This document shows positions 17,027 to 26,560 of a DNA stretch of 45,094 nucleotides, one piece after another. Source of the DNA: Candidatus Avibacteroides avistercoris (lineage in GTDB: Bacteria > Bacteroidota > Bacteroidia > Bacteroidales > Bacteroidaceae); the NCBI GenBank assembly GCA_020012075.1, contig DWUP01000026.1:1-45094 (forward strand), read 5' to 3'. How positions within the stretch are numbered: position 1 is the first letter of the stretch; the number at the start of each line of letters is the position of its first letter. The translations under genes were made by a program, and so were the position numbers. Below the pieces are notes generated by a model. It was not told the origin of the DNA. It saw only the letters and a list, made by a program, of their open reading frames with translations, and made no database searches.

Positions 17027-18196
17027 TTAATGCCCATGTTGCCTTACAAAGCTTGCAAATCTGTCTAAGCCTTCATTGAGGACACTCCTTGGACAGGCCA
17101 AGTTCCAACGCATGAATCCCTCGCCTTCCACGCCATACATCGCACCGGCATTCAGCCACAGCCGCGTGCCGTCGATGAGCTGCTGCTCCAGAGCCACAGA
17201 GTCACCGCACAGCGCACGGCAATCCATCCACACCAGATAAGTCCCCTCAAGTTCTGTTATAGGGAAGTCTGCCAAATGACAGGCACAATAATCCGCCATA
17301 TAATCATAATTCCCCTTCAGATAGGCCAACAATGCATCCAGCCACTCCCCACCCTCGTTATAAGCGGCAATAGTGGCCTCGACACCAAACGGATTGACGT
17401 CGCACACCTCATTGACATTGATTGCCCTGTCGATGCGGCCGCGCACCTCAGCATCGGCGGCCACGATGGTGGCTATCTGCAATCCTGCGATGTTGAATGC
17501 CTTGCTTGGCGAAAAGCAAGTGACCGAGTGGCGCAGGAAATCATCTGAAATGGAAGCAAACGGAGTGTAGCGATGCCCCTCGTAGACCAATTCGCAATGT
17601 ATCTCGTCGGCCACCACCGTCACCCCATGCCTGATGCACATCTCACCGAGGCGCACCAGTTCGTCTCGGTGCCACACACGTCCCACGGGATTGTGCGGGT
17701 TGCAAAGCACCAGAAGCTTGACCGCCGGATCGGCGAGCTTGGCATCGAGGTCGTCATAGTCCATGACATAAGTATTGCCCACACGCTTCAATGGATTGGA
17801 CACCAGAGTACATTCATTGTTGCGGATGGAAGAGAAGAAGCAGTTGTAGTCAGGCGTCTGCAGCACCACCTTGTCACCCGGCCGCGTCAAAGCCTTGATG
17901 ACTGCCGAGACTGCCGGCACTACTCCCGACGTATATATCATCCACTGCCTGTCAATAGTCCATCCGTGGCGACGGGCGAACCACCCCGTGACAGCCTCAT
18001 AGTAGGCATCCGGCACACGCACATAGCCGAAGATGCCGTGCTCCACGCGCCGCCTCAGAGCCGCGATGACAGACGGAGCCGTCTTGAAGTCCATGTCAGC
18101 CACCCACATCGGCAGCACATCGGGGGCAGCGGCACTGTCCCACTTGAGCGAAGCCGTCCCGTGACGGTCTATCACTTCATCAAAGTTATAATCCAT
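17027..18196 (-). CDS. MalY/PatB-type PLP-dependent C-S lyase (class I/II aminotransferase fold)
   Basis: ORF trimmed from TTG 18232 to the ATG at 18196 (MDYNFDEVIDRHGTASLKWD, the typical family N-terminus). PLP-lysine motif SPSKAFNIAGL. Confidence 0.85.
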   Translation of the reverse strand: MDYNFDEVIDRHGTASLKWDSAAAPDVLPMWVADMDFKTAPSVIAALRRRVEHGIFGYVRVPDAYYEAVTGWFARRHGWTIDRQWMIYTSGVVPAVSAVIKALTRPGDKVVLQTPDYNCFFSSIRNNECTLVSNPLKRVGNTYVMDYDDLDAKLADPAVKLLVLCNPHNPVGRVWHRDELVRLGEMCIRHGVTVVADEIHCELVYEGHRYTPFASISDDFLRHSVTCFSPSKAFNIAGLQIATIVAADAEVRGRIDRAINVNEVCDVNPFGVEATIAAYNEGGEWLDALLAYLKGNYDYMADYCACHLADFPITELEGTYLVWMDCRALCGDSVALEQQLIDGTRLWLNAGAMYGVEGEGFMRWNLACPRSVLNEGLDRFASFVRQHGH

Positions 18197-18361
18197 ATCT
18201 TTCAATCCTTTATCAGTTATGCAAGCCCGCAAGTGGAATTTGCGGCGTAAAATTAAGCATAATAAGCCTTGACCGGAGCATGACCGCTGCTAATATTGAT
18301 TGGACGGCACACGAGGCAAACATCCATGGCGCGGTGAACCATTATCGGCTGCACGGCACGA

Positions 18362-18457
18362 CATCTCTATATACCGACGGTATCTATATATTCAACGACG
18401 TTAAACATATATTCAACGTCGGTAAATATATATTCAACGACGGTAAATAGAGATTGC
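18362..18457 (+). repeat. 21-bp-phased palindromic-core element, copy B
   Basis: Cores centred at 18377, 18398, 18419 and 18440. Units are TATATTCAACGACGTTAAACA / TATATTCAACGTCGGTAAATA / TATATTCAACGACGGTAAATA. Termini are CATCTCTATATACCGACGG and CGACGGTAAATAGAGATTGC. Confidence 0.9.
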
Positions 18458-18556
18458 ACGGCATGATGATGCAATTTGCACTGCGTGCCATGTGGTTTCA
18501 GATGCCGAGCCATGCGAGGACAGCCCATGCCACATGCGGCCCGGGACGGTCTGCAA

Positions 18557-18596
18557 CGAAAAAGGGCAGGAAGCCTTGTCGGTCGGCCGCCTGCCC
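18557..18596 (-). terminator. intrinsic terminator after holA
   Basis: On the minus strand, GGGCAGG (18596-18590), a 19-nt loop, then CCTGCCC (18570-18564), followed by TTTTT. It lies 23 nt downstream of the holA stop. Confidence 0.6.
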
Positions 18597-18618
18597 AAAA
18601 CTTGCACGTGAAGTCATC

Positions 18619-19629
18619 TCAATGCAAGATGAAGTATATCAAATCTTTCAACACATGGTCATTATTGCCTCCCACTCCCTTAGAACGGGCATCTGCCGAC
18701 TTGATCGCATCGATAATCTGCATCACTTTTCGTCCTGTGAAGGCGGACATGCCACGGACATAGTCCCGGGCATGCCATTCGCTCTTGAGCTTCAGAAAAG
18801 CGGCCACCGATTTCGCGTCACGCTGCGGTGCATAGTAGGCCAGCATGAGATTGGAGAAATAGCTGAACAGGAACGCCAATGTGGGCTGGAGCGGGCATGA
18901 CTTGACATGCTCCTCGAAATAGCGCGCGATGAGGTTCGCACGTCTGATGTCGCGGCTGACGATGGCGTCGCGCAACTCGAAGCTGTTGAACTCCTTGGTC
19001 ATCCCGATATTGGCCGCCACTGTCGCACGGTCTATTGTACCGCCGCGCGTGAGGATGAGCAGTTTGTCCAATTCATTGGCAATCTTGTTCAAGTCACTGC
19101 CCACGTGGGCTGCGAGCAATACTGCCGCATCATCGTCGATCTTGGCCTTACGGCGCGTCGTATATGTGCGTATGAAGGTGGGTAGCTGGGCTTCTTTCAT
19201 CTTGTCGGCCACATAGACAGTGCCCACTCTGCCTATTTCGTCCACTATCTTTTTGCGGCGGTCTATCGTGCCGTTCATATAACATAGGACGAGCAATGCC
19301 GTAGGATTCGGGCGCCGGACATAGGCGAGCAGTTTGTCAATGTCGTCATCCATGCCCTGCAGCTCGCGCACTATGACCAGCTGCCTCGCGGCTCCCATGA
19401 CAGGATAGCGTCGTGCTTCGTTGATGATGGTTTCGGCATTCACGTCGCGGCCATACAGGATTGTCAGGTTCATCTCCCGCTCATCTTCGGTCAGCACGGT
19501 ACTTTCAAAGAGCTTGTCAAGACGGTCGATATAATATGTCTCGTCTCCCATCAAGAGATAAATCGGGCTGTAATCCTTGGCACGGACAGCCTTGACAATG
19601 TCGTCGAATGACAATTGGCGGGTGACCAT
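18619..19629 (-). CDS. holA: DNA polymerase III subunit delta
   Basis: 336 aa. N-terminal YLLMGDETYYID and overall delta-subunit layout. 1-nt overlap with the amn stop. Conserved neighbourhood with the HsdR_N-like gene. Confidence 0.75.
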   Translation of the reverse strand: MVTRQLSFDDIVKAVRAKDYSPIYLLMGDETYYIDRLDKLFESTVLTEDEREMNLTILYGRDVNAETIINEARRYPVMGAARQLVIVRELQGMDDDIDKLLAYVRRPNPTALLVLCYMNGTIDRRKKIVDEIGRVGTVYVADKMKEAQLPTFIRTYTTRRKAKIDDDAAVLLAAHVGSDLNKIANELDKLLILTRGGTIDRATVAANIGMTKEFNSFELRDAIVSRDIRRANLIARYFEEHVKSCPLQPTLAFLFSYFSNLMLAYYAPQRDAKSVAAFLKLKSEWHARDYVRGMSAFTGRKVMQIIDAIKSADARSKGVGGNNDHVLKDLIYFILH

Positions 19630-20405
19630 TACCAGTCGAATTTCAGATGTCTGACAGTCTTTTTTTCATCGATAATCATACGCAATGACTCGATGCCTAT
19701 CTTGACGTGGTCCTCCACATAGTTTTGCGTCACCATGCGGTCACTCTCTTCGGTTTTCACACCTTCGGGCAACATCGGCTGGTCAGAGACGAGGAGTAAT
19801 GCGCCGGTGGGTATGTGATTGGCAAAACCGACGCTGAATAGCGTGGCGGTCTCCATATCGACAGCCATGGCGCGTGTAGTCAGCAGATAGTCCTTGAACT
19901 GCTGGTCGTGCTCCCAGATGCGGCGGTTGGTAGTATAGACCGTCCCTGTCCAATAATCGCGGGCGTGGTCACGGATGGCTGACGACACCGCTCGCTGCAA
20001 CATGAATGCAGGCAGTGCAGGCACCTGTGGCGGGAAATAATCGTCGCTCGTCCCCTCGCCGCGTATGGCGGCTATCGGCAGGATGAAGTCCCCTATCTTG
20101 TTCTTGCGATTGATGCCTCCGCATTTGCCAAGGAAGAGGCACGCTTTGGGGTTAATGGCACTGAGCAGATCCATGATTATCGCAGCATTGGGACTGCCCA
20201 TCCCGAAGTTGATGATTGTGATGCCCTCGGCACTGGAAGAAGTCATGTTGGCGTCATGACCCAATATCGGCGAACCGAAGATATCGGAGAAAATCTCTAC
20301 GTATTTGTTGAAATTGGTCAGCAGTATGTATTCAGTGAACTGTTCCAAAGGCCGTTTGGTGTAACGGGGAAGCCAATTGGCGACTATCTCTTCTTTAGTT
20401 TTCAT
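19629..20405 (-). CDS. amn: AMP nucleosidase (short Bacteroidetes form, PNP_UDP_1 fold)
   Basis: 258 aa. MKTKEEIVANWLPRYT N-terminus, with GMGSPNAA and VDMETATL nucleoside-phosphorylase-fold motifs. Confidence 0.8.
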   Translation of the reverse strand: MKTKEEIVANWLPRYTKRPLEQFTEYILLTNFNKYVEIFSDIFGSPILGHDANMTSSSAEGITIINFGMGSPNAAIIMDLLSAINPKACLFLGKCGGINRKNKIGDFILPIAAIRGEGTSDDYFPPQVPALPAFMLQRAVSSAIRDHARDYWTGTVYTTNRRIWEHDQQFKDYLLTTRAMAVDMETATLFSVGFANHIPTGALLLVSDQPMLPEGVKTEESDRMVTQNYVEDHVKIGIESLRMIIDEKKTVRHLKFDW

Positions 20406-20442
20406 TGATTATATATAATTTTGTATCGACCGTTGTCGATTA

Positions 20443-20450
20443 CAAATATA
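20443..20450 (-). promoter_or_regulatory. putative -7 box TATATTTG for amn-holA
   Basis: Minus-strand TAnnTTTG match, 37 nt upstream of the amn ATG. An inverted repeat lies between the box and the ATG. Confidence 0.4.
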
Positions 20451-20452
20451 GG

Positions 20453-20914
20453 ATGATTGAACTAAATCTGCCCCAAGCAGGATTAAGATTTAAGCAAATG
20501 GCCGGTGTGCCTTATGTTTTTGACCCGCTCCGCAGGCGGTATGTCAGATTCACACCAGAGGAAATGGTGAGACAACGGTTTGTCAATTTCCTGATCAATC
20601 ATCGTGGCTTCCCGCGCGGATTGATGAACAATGAAGTCTCAATCGAGCTTAATTCAGTGAAATACAGATGTGACACAGTGGTGTTTGACATGGCATCGCA
20701 GCCCAAAGTCATAGTCGAGTATAAAGCTCCGTCGATAATCATTGACGAAGCAGTCTTCAAGCAGGCATACATCTACAACATGGCGCTCCATGCCAACTAT
20801 CTAATGCTGAGCAACGGATTGACACACTATTGCTTCAACATCGATTACATTAGCGGCAGCATCAAGGCCGTGCACGGCATACCACACTATCAGGAGCTGT
20901 GCCTGAACGTATAG
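20453..20914 (+). CDS. HsdR N-terminal (PD-(D/E)xK-like) domain protein, standalone
   Basis: ORF trimmed to MIELNLPQAGLRFK. The FDPLRRRYVRFTPEEMVRQ...CDTVVFD...VIVEYKAP pattern is typical of the family that is conserved beside holA in Bacteroidetes. Confidence 0.7.
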   Translation: MIELNLPQAGLRFKQMAGVPYVFDPLRRRYVRFTPEEMVRQRFVNFLINHRGFPRGLMNNEVSIELNSVKYRCDTVVFDMASQPKVIVEYKAPSIIIDEAVFKQAYIYNMALHANYLMLSNGLTHYCFNIDYISGSIKAVHGIPHYQELCLNV

Positions 20915-21279
20915 TTGCGGTTAATCAGGAAATTGGATGCCCCGAACACTATAAGGCTGACAAGGTTGGCCCAATATTCATTCACCCCTATTGCTTTGGT
21001 AAGCGAATAAAACGTCACAAACTGCATCGTATAGGCGACAAGGAATGTGATGGTGAAGATGGCAAACTCTCTCATGATATTGCTCCCGTGGCTCTTGAAT
21101 ATCCATAGCTTGCTCCAGATGAAACTGTGAGCCAATACGAGCAAATATCCTATGAAGTTTGACATGTGGAGCGACAGCCCGAGGATGCGGTTGAATACAA
21201 ACAGAGATATATAGGTAATAGCCCCGTTGAGCATACCTATCAAACAAAATCTCAACAGCTGACTGCGGGTCTCACTCAT
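20890..21279 (-). CDS. GtrA-family membrane protein
   Basis: 129 aa with four TM helices and the family-typical C-terminus NFLINRNYTF. Confidence 0.75.
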   Translation of the reverse strand: MSETRSQLLRFCLIGMLNGAITYISLFVFNRILGLSLHMSNFIGYLLVLAHSFIWSKLWIFKSHGSNIMREFAIFTITFLVAYTMQFVTFYSLTKAIGVNEYWANLVSLIVFGASNFLINRNYTFRHSS

Positions 21280-21287
21280 ATAATATA

Positions 21288-21319
21288 AATATAAAAGAAA
21301 GGGGGGAACGAGTCCCCCC
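21288..21319 (-). terminator. intrinsic terminator after aspS
   Basis: On the minus strand, GGGGGGA-ctcgt-TCCCCCC followed by TTTCTTTTATATTT. It lies 7 nt downstream of the aspS stop. Confidence 0.75.
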
Positions 21320-21325
21320 GCCTGT

Positions 21326-23092
21326 TTACTTGTCTTGTTGCTTTAGTTCAACCCTTATCTGCAATTCATCAAGCTGCGCATCATCAAGCACAGATGGAGC
21401 ATCCAACATCACATCCCGCCCGGAATTGTTCTTGGGGAATGCAATACAGTCCCTTATCGAATCAAGGCCTGCAAACATCGACACGAGCCTGTCCAAGCCG
21501 AAAGCCAGACCGCCATGAGGAGGTGCACCATATTTGAATGCATTCATTAGGAAGCCAAACTGCTCCTGCGCCCTCTCTTCGGTAAAACCAAGGAGACGGA
21601 ACATTTGGTCTTGCAATTGGCTGTCATGTATCCTTATCGAGCCACCACCGACTTCGACACCATTGATTACCATATCGTAAGCATTGGCACGCACATTGCC
21701 TGTGTCTGTCTCGAGGAACGGTATGTCCTCAGGCTTGGGTGATGTAAACGGATGATGCATGGCATAATAGCGCTGGTCTTCTTCATTCCACTCAAACAGG
21801 GGGAAGTCGATGACCCAAAGACATTCATATCTGTCCTTATCCCTCAACCCGAGCTGGTTGCCCATTTCGAGACGGAGTTCACAGAGTTGCTTCCTTGTCT
21901 TCATTGCGTCGTCCCCCGAGAGGATGAGGATGAGGTCTCCGGGCTCGGCATCAAACTTAGCTTTCATGGCTTGCAGTTGTTCCTGTGAATAGAACTTATC
22001 TACACTGGACTTCACATTGCCATCAGCCTCGATACGCGCATAGACAAGTCCTTTAGCCCCTACCTGAGGACGTTTTACGAAGTCTGTCAGTTGATCCAAC
22101 TGCTTGCGTGTATAAGTCGCTGCGCCCTTGGCACAGATGCCACCAATATACTTGGCATTGTCAAACACCGTGAAACCATGTCCTTGCATTACATCCATCA
22201 GCTCGACAAAACGCATCCCAAAGCGAAGGTCAGGCTTGTCACTGCCATAATATTTCATTGCATCATGCCAAGTCATGCGCCTGAACGGCCCGGTAAAATC
22301 GATTCCTTTGACTACTTTGAAGAGATGTTTGATCATGCCCTCAAATATTTCGAGCACATCCTCCTGCTCCACAAAACTCATCTCACAGTCAATCTGGGTG
22401 AATTCGGGCTGACGATCAGCACGCAGGTCTTCATCTCTGAAGCATTTCACTATCTGGAAATAGCGGTCAAATCCTGACACCATCAGCAATTGCTTCAAGG
22501 TCTGTGGTGATTGCGGAAGAGCATAAAACTGGCCGGGATTCATACGCGACGGCACGACAAAATCCCTCGCTCCTTCCGGGGTAGAATTTACGAGTACCGG
22601 GGTCTCAACCTCAAGGAAACCAAGTTTGTCAAGATATGCCCTTACCTCGAATGCCATCTTGTGACGCAATTCAAGGTTTTTACGCACCGCATTACGCCGC
22701 AAATCCAGATACCGGTATTTCATCCTAAGGTCATCGCCTCCGTCAGTATTGTCCTCGATTGTAAACGGAGGAACCACGGATTGATTCAACACCACCAACT
22801 TATCTACCAATACCTCGATATCGCCGGTCGGCAGATTGGCATTCTTGCTGCTACGTTCATTCACGCAGCCGGTGACTTGCAGGACATATTCACGTCCCAA
22901 CTTATTCGCTTGGTCGCTGATGCCCGGTATGTGCTCGTCATTGAATACCAGCTGTGTCATTCCATAACGGTCACGCAAATCCACGAATGTCATGCCACCC
23001 ATTTTCCGGAGTCTCTGTACCCAGCCTGCCAAAGTGACGGTTTTACCCACGTCAGGCAAACGGAGTTCTCCGCAAGTATGTGTCCTATACAT
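21326..23092 (-). CDS. aspS: aspartate--tRNA ligase
   Basis: 588 aa. Class II motifs [18 protein letters not shown] and [10 protein letters not shown], with an N-terminal OB anticodon-binding domain. Confidence 0.95.
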   Translation of the reverse strand: MYRTHTCGELRLPDVGKTVTLAGWVQRLRKMGGMTFVDLRDRYGMTQLVFNDEHIPGISDQANKLGREYVLQVTGCVNERSSKNANLPTGDIEVLVDKLVVLNQSVVPPFTIEDNTDGGDDLRMKYRYLDLRRNAVRKNLELRHKMAFEVRAYLDKLGFLEVETPVLVNSTPEGARDFVVPSRMNPGQFYALPQSPQTLKQLLMVSGFDRYFQIVKCFRDEDLRADRQPEFTQIDCEMSFVEQEDVLEIFEGMIKHLFKVVKGIDFTGPFRRMTWHDAMKYYGSDKPDLRFGMRFVELMDVMQGHGFTVFDNAKYIGGICAKGAATYTRKQLDQLTDFVKRPQVGAKGLVYARIEADGNVKSSVDKFYSQEQLQAMKAKFDAEPGDLILILSGDDAMKTRKQLCELRLEMGNQLGLRDKDRYECLWVIDFPLFEWNEEDQRYYAMHHPFTSPKPEDIPFLETDTGNVRANAYDMVINGVEVGGGSIRIHDSQLQDQMFRLLGFTEERAQEQFGFLMNAFKYGAPPHGGLAFGLDRLVSMFAGLDSIRDCIAFPKNNSGRDVMLDAPSVLDDAQLDELQIRVELKQQDK

Positions 23093-23120
23093 TGTTGTTA
23101 GCTTTAACTAATATTTGCGG

Positions 23121-23128
23121 CAAATATA
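23121..23128 (-). promoter_or_regulatory. putative -7 box TATATTTG for aspS
   Basis: Minus-strand TAnnTTTG match, 29 nt upstream of the ATG at 23092. Confidence 0.45.
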
Positions 23129-23188
23129 TCAAAAAAGTGTTTTTCCACTTTGCAGAAGGCCAAAGAATTGCTCACGGCAGATTTCAAA

Positions 23189-24436
23189 TCATAATATTCC
23201 GGTCGAGAAACCCGCAATATTTATGTCTGACATAAAGCCCGGATAGGATTTGTTCACACTGTCCATGCCTATTATCTTCAATGGACCAAACGTTGAAGAT
23301 GCCAGAGCAAAGACCATGGCCACCCGGTGATCGCCACGGGCATCGACCACCGGGATGCGGGGCCGCTTGCACTGCGAGCCATCCCATGACAAAGTCCCCG
23401 ATTGCCCGCTCCATTTGAGTACAAAACCTAATTGCGAAGCACCATCAATCAAAGATGCTATGCGGTCGGACTCTTTTATCCGCAGATGTTTTATACCTGA
23501 GATTTCGAATGTAGTAGCCGTTGATAAGCAAGCGACCACGAAAGGCAGTACCAAGTCTGGCACATCCTCAAGGCACAAATCCAAGTGATTTGCCGCCGCA
23601 CAAGAGGCATGCAGCACGCACTGCCCGTCAATCCATCGTGTCTCTACGCCCAATGCTCCGAACAATGACACGACGGCAGCATCACCCTGTATGCTTTGCT
23701 CTGCGAGATCCGGGAGGACTATGGTCACATCACGGTGCATCGCGGCAAATTCATACCAGAATGACGCAGCACTCCAGTCAGCCTCCACCTTTGGCGACTC
23801 TGGCAGGCAATATGACGAGTGAAGCACCGACACCGACCGGCCGTCTGATGACACATCTGCACCACATCTGCGCATCAGACGGGCAGTCATATCTATATAT
23901 GGATAGGAAGGAGTGATGTCTGGCAAGATTATCCGCATTCCCTCATCGAGCATCGGAGCAATGAGCATCAGTGATGAGACATATTGCGAACTGGGAATTC
24001 CTTTGCCGAAATCCACCTCTCCCCCACAGCGACGCAAGCCCTTGACTATCCGCACCGGGGGATAACCGTCATCGCAAGGAAATTCAATCTCGGCCCCGAG
24101 AGTTGTCAGTGCATCGGCAAGGTCTGCCACAGGCCGTTGGCAGAGACGTCTGCTGCCGGCCAATGTGACCGGACGCCCCATGTAAGAAAAATAAGACATC
24201 AAAAACCGCATAGCCGTCCCCGAGTCGCCGACATCCACCACCTCAGACCGGCGGGACAGTGCCTTGAGCATCACATCAGCATCACCGGAGCTCGCTGCAT
24301 AACACTCCAATTCGTCCACACGCCCCGACAGGGCATAGATTATGGCAAGGCGGTTGATAATGCTCTTGGACACCGGCAGTCTGACAATCACACGCCGCGG
24401 CGCCGAAGCCGAATCAAAACTTACCACAGCATCCAT
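23189..24436 (-). CDS. aroA: 3-phosphoshikimate 1-carboxyvinyltransferase (EPSP synthase)
   Basis: ORF (GTG at 24544) trimmed to the ATG at 24436, 1 nt after the M16 peptidase stop. Contains LPVSKSIINRL, the GDSGTAMRF-type motif and the overall EPSPS layout. Confidence 0.85.
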   Translation of the reverse strand: MDAVVSFDSASAPRRVIVRLPVSKSIINRLAIIYALSGRVDELECYAASSGDADVMLKALSRRSEVVDVGDSGTAMRFLMSYFSYMGRPVTLAGSRRLCQRPVADLADALTTLGAEIEFPCDDGYPPVRIVKGLRRCGGEVDFGKGIPSSQYVSSLMLIAPMLDEGMRIILPDITPSYPYIDMTARLMRRCGADVSSDGRSVSVLHSSYCLPESPKVEADWSAASFWYEFAAMHRDVTIVLPDLAEQSIQGDAAVVSLFGALGVETRWIDGQCVLHASCAAANHLDLCLEDVPDLVLPFVVACLSTATTFEISGIKHLRIKESDRIASLIDGASQLGFVLKWSGQSGTLSWDGSQCKRPRIPVVDARGDHRVAMVFALASSTFGPLKIIGMDSVNKSYPGFMSDINIAGFSTGIL

Positions 24437-24437
24437 C

Positions 24438-25673
24438 TCACACGGCCTTGTAATACACCACGCTCGAATTGCTATCCGTGAAATGCCCGGAAAGGACACG
24501 CGAAATATCTGCCGCCGTGACAGATTTGTACTTCTCCACCTCACTGTTTATGCCGCGGGCATCTCCGAGCAGTTCATAGTAAGCAAGTGAATAAGCCAGA
24601 TTGAGATTATTGAGGTTTGAAAACATGAAATTGCTTTCATACTTGTTCTTCACCTTTTCCAACTCATGTCCCATGACAGGCCGGCCGGCCAAGGCCGCAA
24701 TCTCGCCACGTATCTTCTCCTCAGCCTGTTCAAAGGTTACGCCGGGGCTCAACTTGCCATCTACATGAAACAATCCGGCATCCATCGACCCGTCAATATA
24801 GGCATCAATAGTCGAAAACACCTTGTCGCGCCTGACCAGATTATTGACCACACGGCTCGACTTGCCATTCGAAAGTATGTCAGAGATTATGTCATAGACA
24901 TAGAAATCGCCGTGCATCCTCTCCACCATGGGGAATGCCATATAAATGGTATCGACCGGCACGCCACGCTCCACCTGCAACAGGCGACGCGACTCTTGCG
25001 CAGGCTCGGCATCATAAGTCCTCACAGGCACCGGGACACCGGCTATTCCACCAAACCACTTGTCGGCAAGGCCTATGACACTGTCCATGCTGATGTCGCC
25101 CACTACCGACAAGACCGCATTGCAAGGATTGTAATAGGCCGAATAAAATGCCTTCACATCATCTACACCAAGGCTTGCCACATCATCGATGCAACTGCCC
25201 ACCGTCGGCCAACGGTAAGGATGGCGCGTGTAGCACAATCCGCGCAGCAGATGACCGATGTCGCCGTAGGGAGCATTATAGACTCTCTGCTTGAACTCCT
25301 CGGTCACCACATCACGCTGCGTCGTGACACTCTGCAAATCAAGGTTGAGCGAAGCCATGCGGTCAGACTCAAGCCAGAATGCCGTCTCGACATTGCAGGG
25401 CGGCAAAGACATATAGTAGTTTGTGACATCACAGTTGGTCCATGCATTGCACTCTCCTGCCGCATCCTGCACACATGCACTGAAGTCACGCACACCGGCC
25501 GAGCCGTTGAACATCAGATGCTCCAACAGATGCGCCAGTCCCGTCTTGCCCGGCACTTCATCCCTCGACCCTACCCCATAGAGGACATCGACGGCCACCA
25601 TACGTGCACCCTTGGCTTGCGAATGGACTATCCGCAGGCCATTGGCCAGTCTGTGACGATTGACTTCAATCAT
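24438..25673 (-). CDS. M16-family zinc peptidase (insulinase-like)
   Basis: HLLEHLMFNG (HxxEH) zinc motif. 411 aa. Confidence 0.85.
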   Translation of the reverse strand: MIEVNRHRLANGLRIVHSQAKGARMVAVDVLYGVGSRDEVPGKTGLAHLLEHLMFNGSAGVRDFSACVQDAAGECNAWTNCDVTNYYMSLPPCNVETAFWLESDRMASLNLDLQSVTTQRDVVTEEFKQRVYNAPYGDIGHLLRGLCYTRHPYRWPTVGSCIDDVASLGVDDVKAFYSAYYNPCNAVLSVVGDISMDSVIGLADKWFGGIAGVPVPVRTYDAEPAQESRRLLQVERGVPVDTIYMAFPMVERMHGDFYVYDIISDILSNGKSSRVVNNLVRRDKVFSTIDAYIDGSMDAGLFHVDGKLSPGVTFEQAEEKIRGEIAALAGRPVMGHELEKVKNKYESNFMFSNLNNLNLAYSLAYYELLGDARGINSEVEKYKSVTAADISRVLSGHFTDSNSSVVYYKAV

Positions 25674-26409
25674 TTGCCACTACATCTATTATCCTGATGT
25701 CTTCCACCGGGCGGTCGTTGCGGTCCGTCACCACACCCTGTATGGCTTCGATTACATCCATTCCATCCGTCACTTCGCCGAAGACGGTGTATTGCCCGTC
25801 GAGAAACGGCGTGCCGCCTACCTCGACATAGTCACGGACCTGCTCGTCGGTGAAGGCAAATGCTCCCTGCCCTGCCACCCCCTCGCGTGCTTTGGCCTCA
25901 ATGCGCGCGAGCAACGCCTGCAACCCCTCACGGTCGCGGGCCAGGCGCAGACGCTTGATTTCGTCATAATGCTTGCCTGCCTCATCATTGAATACGGCTT
26001 CGACACGCGACTCATTAATCTGTCGCTCGAGCTTGCGGAGTTCCTTTTCAGAATACTTCCTGCCGACGACTATATAGAATTGGCAGCCCGACGACTCACG
26101 CCGTGGATTTGCCTCATCACCAAGGCGCGCGGCTGCGAGGGCTCCGCGCTTGTGATAGTGGCGTGGCACGTCAAACTCGGCAGGCACCGTATAGCCCACG
26201 TCGCCACTGCCGAGCATCTTGCCGCGCGGCGCACCTTTGGACTCAGGGTCACCGGCCTGTACCATAAAATCACGTATGACACGGTGAAACAATGTGTCGC
26301 GATAGGTCCCGTCAGCGGTCAGTTTCAGGAAATTGTCTCTGTGCAGCGGTGTCTCGTCATAGAGCATGACGGTCACGTCGCCCATGGTAGTCTTGATAGT
26401 GATAGTCAT
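25666..26409 (-). CDS. cyclophilin-type peptidyl-prolyl isomerase with internal helical insertion
   Basis: ORF trimmed to MTITIKTTMGDVTVMLYDETP. Contains FHRVIRDFMVQAGDP and YTVFGEV motifs. 8-nt overlap with the downstream M16 start. Confidence 0.85.
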   Translation of the reverse strand: MTITIKTTMGDVTVMLYDETPLHRDNFLKLTADGTYRDTLFHRVIRDFMVQAGDPESKGAPRGKMLGSGDVGYTVPAEFDVPRHYHKRGALAAARLGDEANPRRESSGCQFYIVVGRKYSEKELRKLERQINESRVEAVFNDEAGKHYDEIKRLRLARDREGLQALLARIEAKAREGVAGQGAFAFTDEQVRDYVEVGGTPFLDGQYTVFGEVTDGMDVIEAIQGVVTDRNDRPVEDIRIIDVVAND

Positions 26410-26433
26410 TCGGTAAACAATATTTGTGACGGG

Positions 26434-26441
26434 CAAAGATA
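26434..26441 (-). promoter_or_regulatory. putative -7 box TATCTTTG for PPIase-M16-aroA
   Basis: Minus-strand TAnnTTTG match, 25 nt upstream of the ATG at 26409. This supports the trimmed start. Confidence 0.45.
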
Positions 26442-26560
26442 AGACATTCCGTCCTAAGGACAGAAACAATTCACAAGCGGTGAAACAGATGGGCCTGAAA
26501 TATTGGCCGCCCCGCACAATTTGCCATAGCTCCGCACCCGATCATCCGGGACATACGGCA

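Noticed and set aside
20453-20914. The HsdR N-terminal domain protein might be part of a type I restriction-modification or defence system.
   Set aside because: It is a standalone 153-aa protein with no hsdM, hsdS or helicase partner. It is conserved next to holA/amn in Bacteroidetes, so it is a housekeeping-context nuclease-fold protein.
24666-26442. Long plus-strand ORFs (343 aa and 260 aa) lie opposite the M16 peptidase and PPIase genes. Similar antisense ORFs occur at 11826-12545, 17573-18250, 22511-23101, 28232-28954, 29156-29761 and 31882-32559.
   Set aside because: These are shadow ORFs on the opposite strand of confidently identified genes. They are Arg/His/Cys-rich and low-complexity, and have no recognisable motifs.
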